A DNA stretch of 64,000 nt from Kudoa neothunni (GCA_964304625.1 OZ199838.1:6242144-6306143), one strand, 5' to 3'. Counted from the stretch's first letter, positions 1 through 14,557 are shown. A program made the numbers and translations. Notes: generated by a model from the letters alone, not told the origin.

Positions 1-2912
1 AAACTAAAACGTATGCAATGGCTGGGAATGTTTACCAAAACGTGACCCACAGTATTTAAAAAATCACGTGTATTGCTCGGATTTTCATTAAAAACACAAT
101 TCACGTATTATTCAAGATTAGATTTAATATGACCGAATCAGCAGTGGTTCGTCTGACAGAGAAATAAATAATTTGTGTTAGAACGGATTAGAAAATTTAG
201 CTAATGCGCCTGCTCAACATCGACAGATTTACCAACTACAGCATGGTTGGATTTAATTTTTCCGGTCAAATTCCCAAATTCACCAGACATTTCAATAAGG
301 CAACATTAATTATTCCATCCAAATAATTTGAAATTTTATTTTTTAGAGTGCTAGATATACATCTAATCTTAACAACTTGCATTTTAAAGCCTGTCGAAGT
401 GGCTCCACTTTCTTCAAATTTAAAAAGTGCTTCCTCATATTATAATATATGAATTAACGCATTTATAGAAATATTGTTTCTTTCAACAAAAATGACACTT
501 CTTCTCCTTTGATTGGTGTAAATATTTTGAATAATGTTATGAATGGGCATTATGTCGTTGGAATATCTGGCATGTATGAGCTTTCTTCTGACGATTCCGC
601 CAACAGCAAAGATGCGGTTTCAACGCTTGCTCTACTGTGTTGGTTGAAGCAGATAATGGCGCCATCTTCTATTCATCTTTAATTTCTTTTATTGTCTTTG
701 CCTTTCTTAGGTGTTGTGATTTTAAGTTGCATTCTTCTATTATATTCATTGCATCAAAGTTTTTTTAATTTTTGCTTAGATTTGAGTAATGGTAATTTGA
801 GATATTGTCGGTTTTATTAAATTCTGTCGAATTATTACAACCATGAGGTTTTAGGCACATAGCTGAGTTGTGTTACTGAGCGAAGGTTGTTTTGATTTTA
901 CGGAATTTACTTTCGTTACTAATGGTTTTTATGTATCCTATCGGAGATCTTTTCCCAGCTTGGAAGGATATTAGTTAATTGAGTTGTTGTGATTTCAGTC
1001 ATTATACAATTGAATCGCGTTGAAATTGTTTTCGCGCTCAATAAATTTTACAATTAACATTTATTTTAACTATTCAACGGATAAACTTTTAAATTTTAAC
1101 AAAGGTTTTATCTTTATTATCTAACTGATTTCACCTTTTTTCTGCAGCGTGAACATTTGAGGTTGGAATAAACAAAAATTCGGCCATAATAATATCAATT
1201 ATGATATTTTATTCATCTATGTGTTTTTTCATTAAGAAATACATTAAAATAATTTTTATTTAGCAAAAAACAACATGCCGTGCATCTTTTACACGCGGAC
1301 TGTGATTTTCATTAGAAACTACAATAGCTCCCTTCCACCGATACAATCTCTGAAAACTACTGACCTAATCCTATCATGTAGATTCGTCTAGGTCATAAAA
1401 TTAATTGTTTATTTTGAGGTTCACTTTTAATTGTCTACATTTTAGATTTATTTAATGAAGATTTACGTAACAATTGTTAAAGGCCGTTTCTTTTGAACAT
1501 ATATGCAGAAATAGTGATAATTTCAGAGGTTTATTCTAGTAACATAGATAATGCGGCATTCTAGCAATTTCTATCCATCTTATTATTCAAATAGACTTCG
1601 TAATATCTACAATATTCGTAAAAAATTTAAAGATAACTAAAAGAGGGTTTGATTTACTTAGTATCAATAAAGTCAGATGCGGATTAAAGAAAAAAGTGAC
1701 TTAATCCGGACATCCATAAAACCTATCGATCTTATTAAATTACTCTTCACCCTTAATAGTATCTGTTAATACAAGAAAATAAAAATTCTCGGCTCTTTTT
1801 AATCAGTATATCGAATTCTATATTTAGAGTAATAAAAGTGAAATGAGAATAGAAAATTTGCTATTAAGTCATGTTGATTGTAATAATTTGAACGTCAACA
1901 AAATTGTTGACCCTCGGAATATCACTCTCTGTATATGACAACCATTACCGCAAAAATTTATTCATTTTAAAATGTCTAGAAACAAAAATAAATATCTATC
2001 GTGTTCCAAAATATTGGTGGCAATAACGTGTTTTGGTAATTTAAATTTTTTTATACTAATTTCCAAATAACATATATGACGCCTAATAGCCTAAGTTCTA
2101 ATGTTTTCCAGCAGCACAAAAATATACCAAATATTGTTTTTATTGATAAAATAATTTTTTATAACCAGCACCAATTAAACGCAAATTCTCGCTAATGATT
2201 ATACATTTTATCTGTTGATGTAAAATAAATCATAACAAAATACAAAATTAACCGTTATAAATCAAAAAAATTCTTATCACTATAGCAAAATTAGTTATTT
2301 TATCCAAAAGTAATCTGTATTTACTTATATTGATGTATAACAAGAATGTTTGACCAATATTACACTTGTACATTTTTAAATACTCACGTACACAAATAAA
2401 TAAGATGGCTTTGATTGACAGTAAATAGGCGGGATGAGGTTACTGTACGATACCGAGGTTTAACAGGCGCTTATAGCCATAAAAATATCCAAATCACAAA
2501 AATGAATACTCTCCTCGCAGGTCTAGGTTAAGGGAATAAATATTCTTAAATTTCATTAATTAAAAAAATTCTTAATTCGTCATATGCAACTTCGCATACA
2601 TACTCTCCTAGTCTGCCAACATCACTTATGGAGTCCATGAACATTAACATGGGAGTTAACCGGTTTTTTATGAAAAATTATAACAATAAATTAGCTCATC
2701 ACCTCATTTAATTGAAATTCAATTATTAAATATAACTCGTAAACATGGTAATAATTGCAAATATGGTACATCCATAGATTTCGTCATTTAAAATTTAAAA
2801 TCAATATTGGAATATCAAGAAATTTGTGAAAAATTTGGATCAAGAGGTATTTAAAAATATTCTAGAAAGTAATCTATAATATTCCTGACGTTATACAAAA
2901 TTCGCGAAACAG

Positions 2913-3693
2913 CTAATTGAGCTCTTCTCCAACAGGCATAGTTTCTTTGATTTTTCCAACAAAAATAACACGAATTTCTGTGGAATCATCACCATTGAGA
3001 ATATCCTTGACGAAAAAGACATCTGTTTTGAGTTGTACCTAATCATGTAATAAAAATAATTTTATTCAGGGAAGATGAGCCGAGGAGCAATAAAACGAAC
3101 CATTTCGAGACATCCTCTTATGATACCACAAATGGCATTCGAATACCACAAACCGGCGTGAAGTATTGGATCGAGCTCGACGTTTTCAGCAAGTGGATTG
3201 TTATCAAGTATAATAGAAAATTCGGTATTTGTGCTATTCCAATTGGCGATTTTCGGAGTAACGCCGGTGTATTGTTTGAATCCAACCTACGTGAGTTGGT
3301 TTGGCAACAATTAGAAAATATGTTCCACAACAATAATGACTTTACATTCGCTATGGCGTTGGCCGTATCATTCATGTTTTTGCATCTTCCAATGTTGGTT
3401 TTAACCTGTAAATCTTCAATTAGACGAATTCCAATATTGTATCCCCTTAAGGAAAGATACAATTACAAAAAATCATGAAAAAAATAAAACACATTTGATC
3501 TAGCTTTTTGTTTATTTCTTCAACCTTTGAACCATTTTCTTTAAGAATTTTATTAACAAATACTCCATAAGTTAAACTGAACAATTCCCAACACTTCAAA
3601 TGGCACAAAATGAACTTCTATCGAGAATAAACAAAGAAAATGTACAATAAATTTTCTGTTCTCATTGGATTTATTTATTAATTTGTTTGACAT
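2913..3693 (-). CDS. TRAPPC3: TRAPP complex subunit 3 (Bet3), 5 exons
   Basis: Manual splicing of 4 short GT-AG introns gives MSNKLINKSNENRKFI-CWELFSLTYGVFVNKILKE...KKLDQMGYNIGIRLIEDLQVKTNIGRC...NNPLAENVEL...CGIIRGCLEM...DILNGDDSTEIRVIFVGKIKETMPVGEELN*. This matches Bet3 motifs (ELF.LTYG, GYNIG.RLIED, NPL..VEL). Confidence 0.95.
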
Positions 3694-4901
3694 TCTGTTA
3701 ACAAGACGAAATAAATTTCCGACAACTGAACTCGTCACGACTCGTATTGAAATGGCATTTTTCTATCCGTACCCTTGTCGAATGAAGCATGTCCATCTTT
3801 TTATTCAAATTCTTTTACTCAACGATTTTTTATTATTCCCAAACTAGTGCTTAAATAAAAATATTTTCAAAAACAATCTTTACTGTTCAGGTTCATGAAA
3901 TAAGTTACTATCGATAAAGTATATTACGAAACTCAATGAGCTATTTTATTTACTGGTATTTTTTTATATTTTATTTTATGAAGCCAATTTAATTACTTTT
4001 TAGGAATAGTTTAAAATGTTATTTTTCAAATCGAAAAATTATTTATCGCTAAAATAATTAACTCCCTTATTTCAAATTTGTGGGTTCAAAAAAAGCCTTT
4101 ATAAGTAACCCGTGATGAGGTGCTGTGTAGATTAAGATGAGACTGTGCACGTATGTGTCAATGTTTAAGATTAATTTGCGTGGGCCACTTGGGTAAGTTT
4201 TAAGTTAAATACTGATTTGAACAATGTTTTTTACTCATTGAAATCATCCTTTCCTTCTATCTCAATTAGTTTATTATTTGAATGTTTTCGTTTTAAAAAA
4301 TAAACAGAAATAATTTTTTTATCTTTTAAATTTTAAATAAATTTTTTGTTCATTTTCTAAGAAATCTATATTTTGAAAATTTTCAAATAATTGAACACTA
4401 TCGCACTTCATAATCTTTATCAAGAAATTAAATTCAGGAATTCAATGTTTTCATTTTAAGTTCCCCAATATATTCATGATAATTTTTCAATAAAAAATTA
4501 TGTTATTATGATAATATAGACTAACCATGTTAAAATATAAAATTCGACTTAAACAATAGCACGACCATCGTTTGATCAGCAAAAAGCTACTTCTAATTGG
4601 CTATATTTAATTCAAATGACTATAAAAATTTTGAATAACTTGGATTGTATGAATAAACACCCCGATAAATTAAGTAAATAAAATACAGTGGGTGACGGAT
4701 AGTTCGTAATTTCTAAGGTTGCACGCACGACGATATGGAGGAAAAAATGATTCAAATCAACTATAATGATAAATTATTTTAAAAGAGATCACTCAGTTAC
4801 AATAATATTTTTAAGTTTTCTGACAATTAAATTGTGTACTTCTCGTTAAATATCCGTTTGATGTTTATAACTATTTAAACCATGATGTTTCGAGTAATGT
4901 C

Positions 4902-5560
4902 TTAACACTGGTACGTACGCACAAAAAGATTACACTACTGCACAACAGGATCCAATGGACCCTGTTCGTAAAATGAGATTTTATGTTTGCTAGTGTTTTT
5001 TAAATATTCTAGAAACCAACAAAAATTTATTTTTAGCTTTTATAAATATATAATATAATAATTTACAGTGAGCCTGCAGAAATATGAAGAAAAACACAAC
5101 GCCATTACTAAAACAACGACAGCATTGAAGAACTCATGCAAATCATTGGATTTATAATAAACACAAATAATTGGTTACAACTGTAACATAAAACTAAGTA
5201 ATATTGTTCGCACACGTTCTTCCCGCATTAAAAGCAATTTTCTTTGTTTTTACATGCTTCGAGTATGGGCAAAAATGGCATCTTTTCTTGTCATCCCTCC
5301 TATCATACTTCGGAAATAATGCAAGTGGAAGATCAATTTTTTAACTATTAACGTCTTTTTCGGTTTTTGTATTTTAGTTTAAATCCATTGTATTTATCTA
5401 AGTACACAATCGTTGAGTTGTAACCAGCAATATCAAGATGGCGCAGTACGTCTTCGCAGCTGCTAATGAGGTGTTGGACCATGTAGAGGATAAAACCAAA
5501 GTATTTCCAAAGCGGTAGTTTAGATTATTCAAGAATACTATCCTTATTGATTGAATATCT
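4902..5560 (-). mobile_element. piggyBac relic (terminus plus decayed transposase Cys-rich C-terminus)
   Basis: TTAA-CAC terminus at 4902 with a subterminal GGATCCAATGGACCC palindrome. The minus strand at ~5195-5300 reads KKRCHFCPYSKHVKTKK/NCF*CGKNVCEQY (piggyBac-type Cys-rich domain) with a frameshift and a stop. Confidence 0.6.
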
Positions 5561-7047
5561 CCTACATGATTTATAATTATATTGAAAATCATCACCTGTC
5601 TTTTTTGCTGTAATGCTCATTGACGCGCCACACACATTTTCGATGGCTTCTTAAGAGACCAAGGTTTGTAAGGGTTTTGAGAGTATAATCTATATCGTCT
5701 CTAGAATTAGACATCGCGGTTAATTTCTGATCGGGATTAAGGGAATCTGCTAGTAGATGGATCTAAATATTCATCGTGTTTGCAAATTTTTAATATAAAA
5801 TTATTCACGATTGTTTTTATCATAAATTAATAACACTAAATAACTAAAATTCTTTTACTTATTGTGTTTTAACGAAGTTATTTATATAAAATACTCCAAT
5901 AATTTATTTATAATGAATAACAGAGATTTATCGGATCAGATAATTCATTGGTTTCCACGTCTTATATTTTAGTACATGTTAAAAAATTAAAGCCAATCCA
6001 TGTAATATTAATGTCTTCTATCTTGAAACATACATTACCTCTATGATTGACTTGTCTTTAACTACTACAAAATCGTAAATGTGGATTTGTGACAGTTACT
6101 TTACTTTTAAATTAATTATAAATGGAAAATACTCGTTTAATATTTTGTATACGAGCTAACAAATGTATATAAATGAAAATATAACTAAATTAAATAAATT
6201 AAAAGTTTTAATGTTTGAATTTTGGAACAAATATTGTCATATGTTTTTTTAACAAGAATAAACTACCAAAAAAAAAATATCACAAACTAAAATATTTATT
6301 AGAAAATATTATCTTTAAATTTAAAAATCTTCGTTCTATGTGTGAATAGAATAAATCAGAAAGTTCTGTTTATAAAATACGAAATCACACGATTGAACAT
6401 TTACAAACTCATTACTAACAGATACAAATAAAAAAATTCATTGAACAATCAACGACTTCGAATTTGTTAAAATTATAGAGAAATAATAATTTTTTTGATG
6501 TATTTATCAACAACATAGAGCTTCCACGTGAATCCGAATGTGCTCGACTTAAGATTTATTTCCGGTTTACAATTCTTATTGTCGAAAAATTAGTATGGCT
6601 CATTTTTTTGTGATACAAATAATAACGAAAAAATTTTCGAAAAAGAAATGTGTTAACAGGACGAATTGTACGAAACGACTTTATTTCCGATTACGTGCCC
6701 GGTGCCGCCCGAAGTCCATACACAGATACTGTAGTTTAGCCTATTTTAGCAGCATAAATAAAGAAATATACAATAAAATTAATACCGCAGTATTCAGATT
6801 AACGTTATTCTTCGGACCTCATGCTCTATTATTGTCGTCATGTCACTCCCGAGTTTTGCGTCCTAAACACGTTTTAACATTATTATTTTTTATCCTGTTG
6901 CTATAGACTCTAGTATATTTTAATGCACTTGACAATAATTTATTTTACACATGTCGTATTTGTTCGTATGCACGTGACACTTATTCCAGGGGTTTATTAT
7001 ATTTTTTATGTTAAATAAATATCTTTCAGCATGAAATAATTGAAATA

Positions 7048-7846
7048 CAGTGGGTGACCGATTTTACGTACCAAACGAGTGCATGAGTAAAAAAACTGAT
7101 TTTTATTTGTTAAAACTATTTCACGGACTTTAAAAATTACGTAAATAAACTGAATAAACTGAATAAACTTTATTAACTTATATTTATATGTGCATAATAG
7201 TAGTGAATTTCTAATTTGGTTTCTAAAACATGGATAAACTTCTGTTATTTTCAGTTGTCGAATATTCTTCATTGGCATATCATAAATACCTTTTTCAATT
7301 TCACACAATCGATTTCTTCCTTTTATGGAATTTTATAGGTATTATTTTAACCTCCTCCTGTTCAATATCCTTCATAGTTGATTATACAACGTCCCTATTT
7401 TCGTTAATACCAACCATTTAATCTTTCATGATCTCCCACTCGAGAATCATTTCGTCAATTTCATCCTCTTTTTTATTTCATAAAAAGAATATAATATGGA
7501 AATCTCGAATTGACGAATGGTAATTGTTTTTTCATTTTTAGGAGAAAGAGTTTCAAAGAACTTCAATATTCCATATTTTTCTTTAAATGTTCAACGCCTC
7601 TGGCTATCAATGATCATAGTTAGTGATTGCGTAAAATCCGCAAGTGGTATAGAAATCGGAATAAAGATGTACATAGAATTGGTCACTACGGATTTTACGT
7701 ACCTTGGCATTATTTGATATTAAATGAAGATTTTATATTTGTAAAATGGGAAATATTAATTACAATAAACCATAGAATAAACACATTTAATATGGGAACC
7801 ACAAAGTTGTTTTTTAAAAAAGATGCGTAAAATCGGTTGTCGACTG
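7048..7846. mobile_element. Non-autonomous TIR element, Tc1/mariner-like ends
   Basis: TA-CAGTGGGTGACCGATTTTACG at 7046 and an imperfect inverted copy CGTAAAATCGGTTGTCGACTG ending at 7846. A related end lies at ~4686. Confidence 0.5.
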
Positions 7847-7920
7847 TTCTACATTTTAAACGTATTAATTGTAATTATGAGATTTCATACGCAAAGTCGC
7901 AAAAATAGGCTAAAATTGCT

Positions 7921-7985
7921 GGGGTCAACAATGACCCCTACCGTTCCCGGTGGAATTATTACGAGCACCGTCCTTCGAGGGTTAA
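7921..7985. mobile_element. piggyBac-like terminus
   Basis: GGGGTCAACAATGACCCC palindrome followed by ...GTCCTTCGAGGG-TTAA. The reverse complement resembles TTAA-CCGTCGAAGGAC at 36392. Confidence 0.5.
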
Positions 7986-8526
7986 TATACTAATAAATAG
8001 AAAACAGTAGATTGAGTACGATTAGCGCATGACGTACTTTTGAAAAATATTCCGATTGCTTAGAATCAGTATGTTATGTACGAAGTATGTTCAGCCGTTG
8101 AATTTTTTCGTTGACTGGAGTATAAGTTTGGGGCCCCCAATCGGGAAGCCCTGGTATAAAGTCACGCGGAGGTTAATTATGTTCTTTCCATCTTATTTCG
8201 AATCAAACCATCAATTTTAAAAGATAATGATAATATCTGCTTTATAAAATTTTAATAATTTAAAATTTTTTTATCATATAATAGATAATGAATCATTCTA
8301 TTTTATTTATATTTTTCAATATTTTTATATTATGTCTATTCGGTGGATTATATTCATCCTTTCGTTAATTCTTCAAATAAGCCTAAAAGTTCCAATGAAC
8401 TTTTTTTATTGTGATAATTGACTTCGAATACAAAATCTATGCATAATTTAACTAAAATATAATTTTCTCTAATGCAGAGAATAAGATTATCCATTTATCA
8501 AACTGTGCGTAGAAATTTATGGAAGT

Positions 8527-8721
8527 GGCTATTGACACTGATCATAATATCCAGGTAGGTATAGTTTTGACTGCATTTAATTATTTTTGGTCCCTAGGAG
8601 TGGTAGCGAAGGACCGACAATAATTAAATGCAGAAAATTCTAAAAAATAAACTTTATAGGTCAATTATAAATAGGAGTTACTGGGATTAAAATTGGATTA
8701 AAAACTTCCGCGTCAATAGCC
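8527..8721. mobile_element. MITE with GGCTATTGAC terminal inverted repeats
   Basis: GGCTATTGAC at 8527 and GTCAATAGCC ending at 8721. Related pieces lie at ~12587, ~20180, ~29660-29760 and ~47180. Confidence 0.7.
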
Positions 8722-9981
8722 TGTGCCGAAATTTATTCTAATATTCGACTAATCTATATCAAAAATTCGTAGGAATTTTAAAAACCCTATCTCCTACTAT
8801 CAGATGAAGCTGGGATTTTGCGCTAGTTATATTGAATTCGACGGCTAATAATGAAGCCGTCTTAGGCAAAAATAAATAAAAATTCCACATTCATATGTTA
8901 TGATTGTATAAAACGATGTAATTCAATTTGAGTTAAGTGGAAATTGTTACATCTTTATTATGTGTAATATCTCAACAGGTTGTATTTTTGTAACCACCAA
9001 TGTATTAATAGCAAAGTGATTCTGCACGAAATAATCGATTTAAGCCATCATCTACTGCTATATTGTGATTGTTTTTTAAAGCAGTGATACAAATAATGCA
9101 CTTTAATTAAAACTATCAATGTCGATGTTATTTGATAGGTGAATCAGACAAAAATTGGTTCACGGTGATGAATAAGTATAAAGTGGAATGATATCAGCAT
9201 ATGCGGCTGATGACACCAAGTTAGGATATATAATCAGCAATAGACAGTCATTATGATTAGGCTGGTTAATCTGCGATTCGGCTGTGATGGGTGATCGATT
9301 TGCAATAGCTGAGTCGATGCAGTTGCCAAGGTATGACGACCGCCTTCAGATAGACAGACAGACATACAGGTCTCACACTCAACTTCCATAGTTTCTATCC
9401 CCAATAAATGTATTGTTGTGGTCATGGAATCAATAGATCAGCTACATCGTTTGTGTAAGAGTGAATCGTAAACTATTACATTCTGACGCACCAGATCAAC
9501 ATAGCGGCAGATTGCCGATCCAAGGGTAAATTTGTCATTGTATCCATTCAACCCTTGTGTTGTATAAATAAGAGAAATAATATTTGGGTCGGAATCACAC
9601 AAAACAACCAACCAATATATGGTTATCATATAATATTTGCGGTTTTCAAATAGGTCCAACAATATTATAATAAACATGCAATAACATCAACATAATAATC
9701 GTGGTATAATCGTTATTGGAGTTTTGGACTGGTTATTGTGTTCACAACAACAGTGGGATCAGTAGTTAATTGAAGTTGTCTCAAATCACAAAAGATCTCA
9801 GTTCAATACAAATTATTTCTAATAGCGCAACAATTAATCTATTCAATTAATCAGACATCAGTACAGATCATATCAACCTTGAAACTGGAAGCGACGATAA
9901 TAATCACAATAGTAATCGTTTGGACAAGTAATAATCTGTGTGTGTAGTTTGTTGGTGGCACATATATTATCATAAAGTTAT

Positions 9982-11179
9982 ATGCAAATGAATACGTTGA
10001 TTGATACCAAAATTGTTCCCATATATTATCCAATCACGGTGTATCCCCGAAGTTCTACTGCCACCTATGGACACTGTATTCCTTCTCATCCGCCGGCCGC
10101 TCCAAATACTACTCTCAGTAGAACATCGACTATGCTGGATCCGACCCAATTGATGGTTGCACCTGTGGTTGGTATAGTTGGAGCGAATCCAGCCACCTAT
10201 TTGATAGCAGCAGCAAATAGGAACAATTTGATGTCACCTCCTCACAACAACGAAACCTACTCATTAATGGAAAGTTTTCGAACAATGTTGGATGGGTATT
10301 GTTGTGGAGGAGGTCACGATCAGCATTCTCAAGATAATATTCTCACAAACAGACCAACAAATTATAGTTGCCGTTTTCATCACCGCCACAGCAACAGCAT
10401 CAATAGCATCAACAGCATCAACAATAGCCGAAACTGTTGTGATAGAAATGAGGATATTCTGTTAAACTCATTACCCAACCAACTTACTAGCTTTTTGGGT
10501 GAGGAGTCAAATGATGAAAAATCAATGAATCCTTCGTAATTAATTCATTCGGAAAATTTAATAATATATATATATATATATATATGAATGACAACTAATT
10601 AAATATTTCCTATGTTTGTTATCAGATCTGATATTGGTCATTAGATTGCATAAAGCTGGAAACACAACAAACGATCACCATCATTCACAACAATGCGAAA
10701 CCTTGATTAAAAATCCAAATAGTGTATCTAAGCGCAAAATGGTACCGCCTAAAAAACTAAAAAAACAAAAAGATATTAAACATGGGATCCTTTTTAAAAT
10801 GAAACCATTGTTTACAAACGCCAACAGTCTCAAATCTTCAATATTGGTTTACAATCTGAAAAACGTGCATCAAAAAGACACCACTAAATTTTGTATTAGT
10901 TGCGGCTCGATTGATACGCCCCTTTGGAGGGATGTACCTCAGATTGTCAAAGCAAAATACAATAATCAATATCAACATTCAACCATCTCCACAAATACTA
11001 CTTCGAAGTACAATACAAACAATAAAACCCCAGCTCTATGCAATGCTTGTGGTATTCGATGGAAAAAATATTCGACCAAATGCACATTGTGTGATCATAT
11101 ACCGAAAAAATATCAAAGAAACTTGAGATATTGTTACAAATGCAACCAACCTTCCATCCAAAAATACTATTTCCATTAG
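9982..11179 (+). CDS. ZGLP1: ZGLP1-like (GATA-like protein 1) double zinc-finger transcription factor, 2 exons
   Basis: A phase-2 intron at 10536-10644 joins the two ORFs. The C-terminus CISC..TPLWRD...LCNACGIRWKKYSTKCTLCDHIPKK..RYCYKC matches the ZGLP1 pattern (TPLWRD..LCNACGIRYKKY..RC..C..VP.K...C..C). The start could be 9982 or 9988. Confidence 0.8.
10564..10585. repeat. (TA)n microsatellite in the ZGLP1-like intron
   Basis: Visible TA run; similar runs at ~19285 and ~47900. Confidence 0.9.
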
Positions 11180-11302
11180 ATTCCTCCAAACAACACAAAT
11201 ACTATCCTATCTACTTTGCACTAGTATTAACACTTGTTAATGATAATAAGAATATCAAATACACACGTTAATATCTAATTAATCACTCGTTTTGTTTTTT
11301 AC

Positions 11303-11314
11303 TGCGCTTGCGCA
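11303..11314 (+). promoter_or_regulatory. NRF1-like GC palindrome upstream of VBP1
   Basis: TGCGCTTGCGCA, 21 nt before the ATG at 11336. Confidence 0.6.
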
Positions 11315-11335
11315 TTTGAGAGATAGTTTAGTGTC

Positions 11336-12052
11336 ATGGAATCCGACAAATCCACATATCGAAACGGCATACCTAAAGCCGTTTTCATTGTAGGATCGAC
11401 TTTAGATTCTATAATAGTAATTTGTTGGTTTGTAGCAAAACGAGCAAGAATACTTCAAAAACTACACCAACAAAGAAATACAACAATTTTTAACCACTCT
11501 AAATAATCTACTCCAAAAATATTCTATTCTTGAATCAAGTTTGAGTGTTAAAAAAATGAAAATGGAAAGCCGTCTTCCATCAGTTGAACAATCTTTAGAT
11601 TATATCAAGTTGAAACAGAATAAAGTTAGTTTTTTTGAGAAAAAATCGTGACACAATTTTTTGGTGTTTTTAGGATGATACTACAAACAAGTCCAAGTTT
11701 CTCCTTCATAAAAATGTCTATGGCTCGGTGGAAACGGCCGATGTTGACAAATTTTACATATGGAGAGGAGTATTGAAATTTTTTGCATCGATTGAGTGAG
11801 ATTTTTCACATAGATCAATGTGATGATCGAATACAATATGGAAGAAGCTATTCAGGTGCTAAACCAGATGAGCGACTCTATACAATCAACTATCAAAAGC
11901 ACAGCAGATGATCTCGAATTCATTAAAGAACAACTTACTGTCACCCAAGTCAGTATGTGTTCTTATTTGATCTTAGGATTAATCTAATGCTTATTTATTT
12001 AGATATATCTAGATCGCATAATTATCTAGTGGATATTAACAGGCAGAAATAA
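11336..12052 (+). CDS. VBP1: Prefoldin subunit 3 (VBP1), 5 exons; absent from the ORF track
   Basis: Spliced product MESDKSTYRNGIPKAVFI...KFYIWRGINVMIEYNMEEA...DDLEFIKEQLTVTQVNISRSHNY...*. This matches PFDN3 motifs GIP.AVF, W.G.NVM.EY...EA and DL.F.(R/K).Q.T...VN..R..N. Confidence 0.93.
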
Positions 12053-12632
12053 TTTCGAACTTTATGTTTGACGTGTTTTTCAGATTTTATTTATCAGTTG
12101 CTGTTGTGATCATGTTTATTTTCTAATGTAATCAGATGATCATCATACTACTTGAACGGTTGTTATAATTTTGAAATTTACTGATTAAATACGGTGGATA
12201 ATTTATTTTTCGCATATTTTTTGGAATGATATTGTGGGTGCGCGCTCGTGGAAAATATCTGAAACATTTATTCATTCAGGCCATCTTTGACGTGGTATTT
12301 TTGTGGATAAAATAAAATAGATTTTTCATATAATGATGAGTAATTTATTGTGAACATTATAGATATTAATATCTTAAAGCTGGATACATATAATAATTTT
12401 TGGTATAATTTGAATTATTTTTTATTAAATAAATCAATTAACTTTAGAAATGCGATAAGCGATATAACATAAATATAATTTATAATATAGCATAATGATA
12501 TAAACTTGCATCCAATTTCTGTCAATATTTTTATTAAACGATGTATTTATAAAATGGAATCATAAACATAATTAATTTAAGGCGCTGGCTATTGACACGG
12601 AAGTTTTTAATCCCAGTAACTCCTATTTATAA

Positions 12633-14557
12633 TCTACTGTATACATAAAGTTCTTATGTCTGCCTGTCAGTGTGTGTGTTTGCAGCAGCACGCATGTGCC
12701 ATGGAGAAACATTTTTTAAATACAGATTTAAATTTGCATTTGAAGAGATGATACCATTAATAAAAATCATTCATTTACTTAGAAGTATAAATATAATCAA
12801 TGCCGCAGTCAGAAGTAAGGAATTTTCTGGTTGTCTACATCAATTAACAGATTAAAAAATGCCTGAATAATATTGATGTTTGTTTACTTCAGGGTGATAA
12901 TCAATTAGAATGAACTTTTACTTACTATATTATATACAAAAATAATCTACTGATTATGGTATAGAATATTTTAAAAGTGGTATGTATGCCGTTTAGAGTA
13001 ATTTTAACACAAATATAACCATTAACGTCATATTTACAAGAGATGTAGCATTTCCCTTAAAATTTTAAAGATAACCAAATTATTTAGGATGTATTTTCAA
13101 TTTTCAAATGTTACGGATATAGTTAAGCGAAAAAGATTATGATCATTTTAAATAAAACACGTAATTTGAGATTAAAGTTGTTGCCACGTTGGAATAATTT
13201 CGGTCTCTACACGCATTCTAAAAACAACGCAAGATGTGTGTAGTGTTTCCAAATAATTAAATTTTTGTGATAACTTCTTAAATGAAAATTTCATTTTATA
13301 ATATATATCGATTGCGATCGAAACTATATTCGTCCTTTCGAAAAGTTTTTACTCATTTTTTGGTTTTCCTAAACTTACTTGAAAAAATGCTGGCATAACT
13401 AATTCGATAAGTTTCTATATTTGATGAGATAATTTTTTAAATAATGTTTAAGTTCTTATTAACTTAATTATTCCTAACTCCTAGACCTTAAGGTTAATAT
13501 TCAAATCAATATACTGTTTTCTTTAGGCTCGCATTAATTCATTACGATAGAAAAGCTTCATGAAAATATGCGACACCGCATTCTATACGTAGTTTAAGAA
13601 TTTATGTTCACAATTACTTTTGCACAAAATACATTCCCCTCTCAATACGTGTCATGTAAGTTAATAAGAAATTATTGGTCTATTCGATCTAACCGATATT
13701 TTCACAAAGTTTTAGTTAATCTAAGAGTAGTTCAATACAAAGAAATTATTTTAGGGCAATCAAACAGTACGTTATTTTTAAAAGGGTGTATTCCTTGGAG
13801 AAAACAAGTTGATATTTAAATATTTAAGCACTACTATAATTTTTCATACCAAAACACCTTTACATTTTAGATTTAATCGAATTTTGTTAGTAAAATTTGT
13901 TTATTTTTGAACCAGCAAGTATTTTTTTTAAAATAAGGTTGACATTTATGTAAGAACCTAAAAATTGTTCTAAAATGACGAATGTATAATTTTTCGCTCA
14001 CAGCTTTTTAAAACATCATTAACATCCTTTATAAAATTGCAAAAAAGAGTAACGATTAATATTTATACTTCTGACGCACCATAGGTCGATTTTATTTTTT
14101 CATCGTTTTTAGATTAATAATAAATTTTATAACTAGAAGGATTAATTTTTATCGTAAAATTTTGAAAAGAACTGAAAGTCCTATTTAAGTTTCTTAATGA
14201 TTTAGTTTAGCGAATAAATTAACTTTAATCGTTAATTAAAGCGCTCATAAAATTAAGGTCATTATATTTTTGGTCATAATTTGTAAAATAAACCTAAAAA
14301 TACTCATTAATTTCCCTCGATGCCCCTAATAATATTTGAATGGAAAATGCTGGCATAATTTTGTTTATCTAAATCATCACATTGCAAAAATAATGATAAG
14401 TTTTAAAATGTATCAATTAAAATATAAAAATAAAATTTACAGAGTTTAACGTGTTAATTAGATTAAATCTTCCGTAGAATTTCTCCATTCAAAAATAAAA
14501 CTAAAAGTTACAGTTTGCCGTCACATAGTACCAGGCAAAGCTGGGCATTAGCGCTAG
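12633..14557 (+). mobile_element. Non-autonomous Helitron, copy 1
   Basis: A|TC 5' end, subterminal hairpin CCAGGCAAAGCTGGG, CTAG|T 3' end and no TSD. It interrupts a GGCTATTGAC MITE at TTTATAA|TTGACC, and the uninterrupted site is visible (reverse strand) in the 8527-8721 copy. It is colinear with 27379-29327. Confidence 0.88.

Noticed and set aside
540-1100. Possible non-LTR retrotransposon remnant
   Set aside because: The composition looks coding-like on the minus strand, but no diagnostic motif could be read.
4112-4216. C/D-box snoRNA candidate (GTGATGA...CTGA)
   Set aside because: No terminal stem and no recognisable rRNA guide; these motifs are expected by chance.
10934-11033. Intron removing the ZGLP1 finger insertion
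   Set aside because: The available GT donors and the CCAG acceptor are in incompatible phases.
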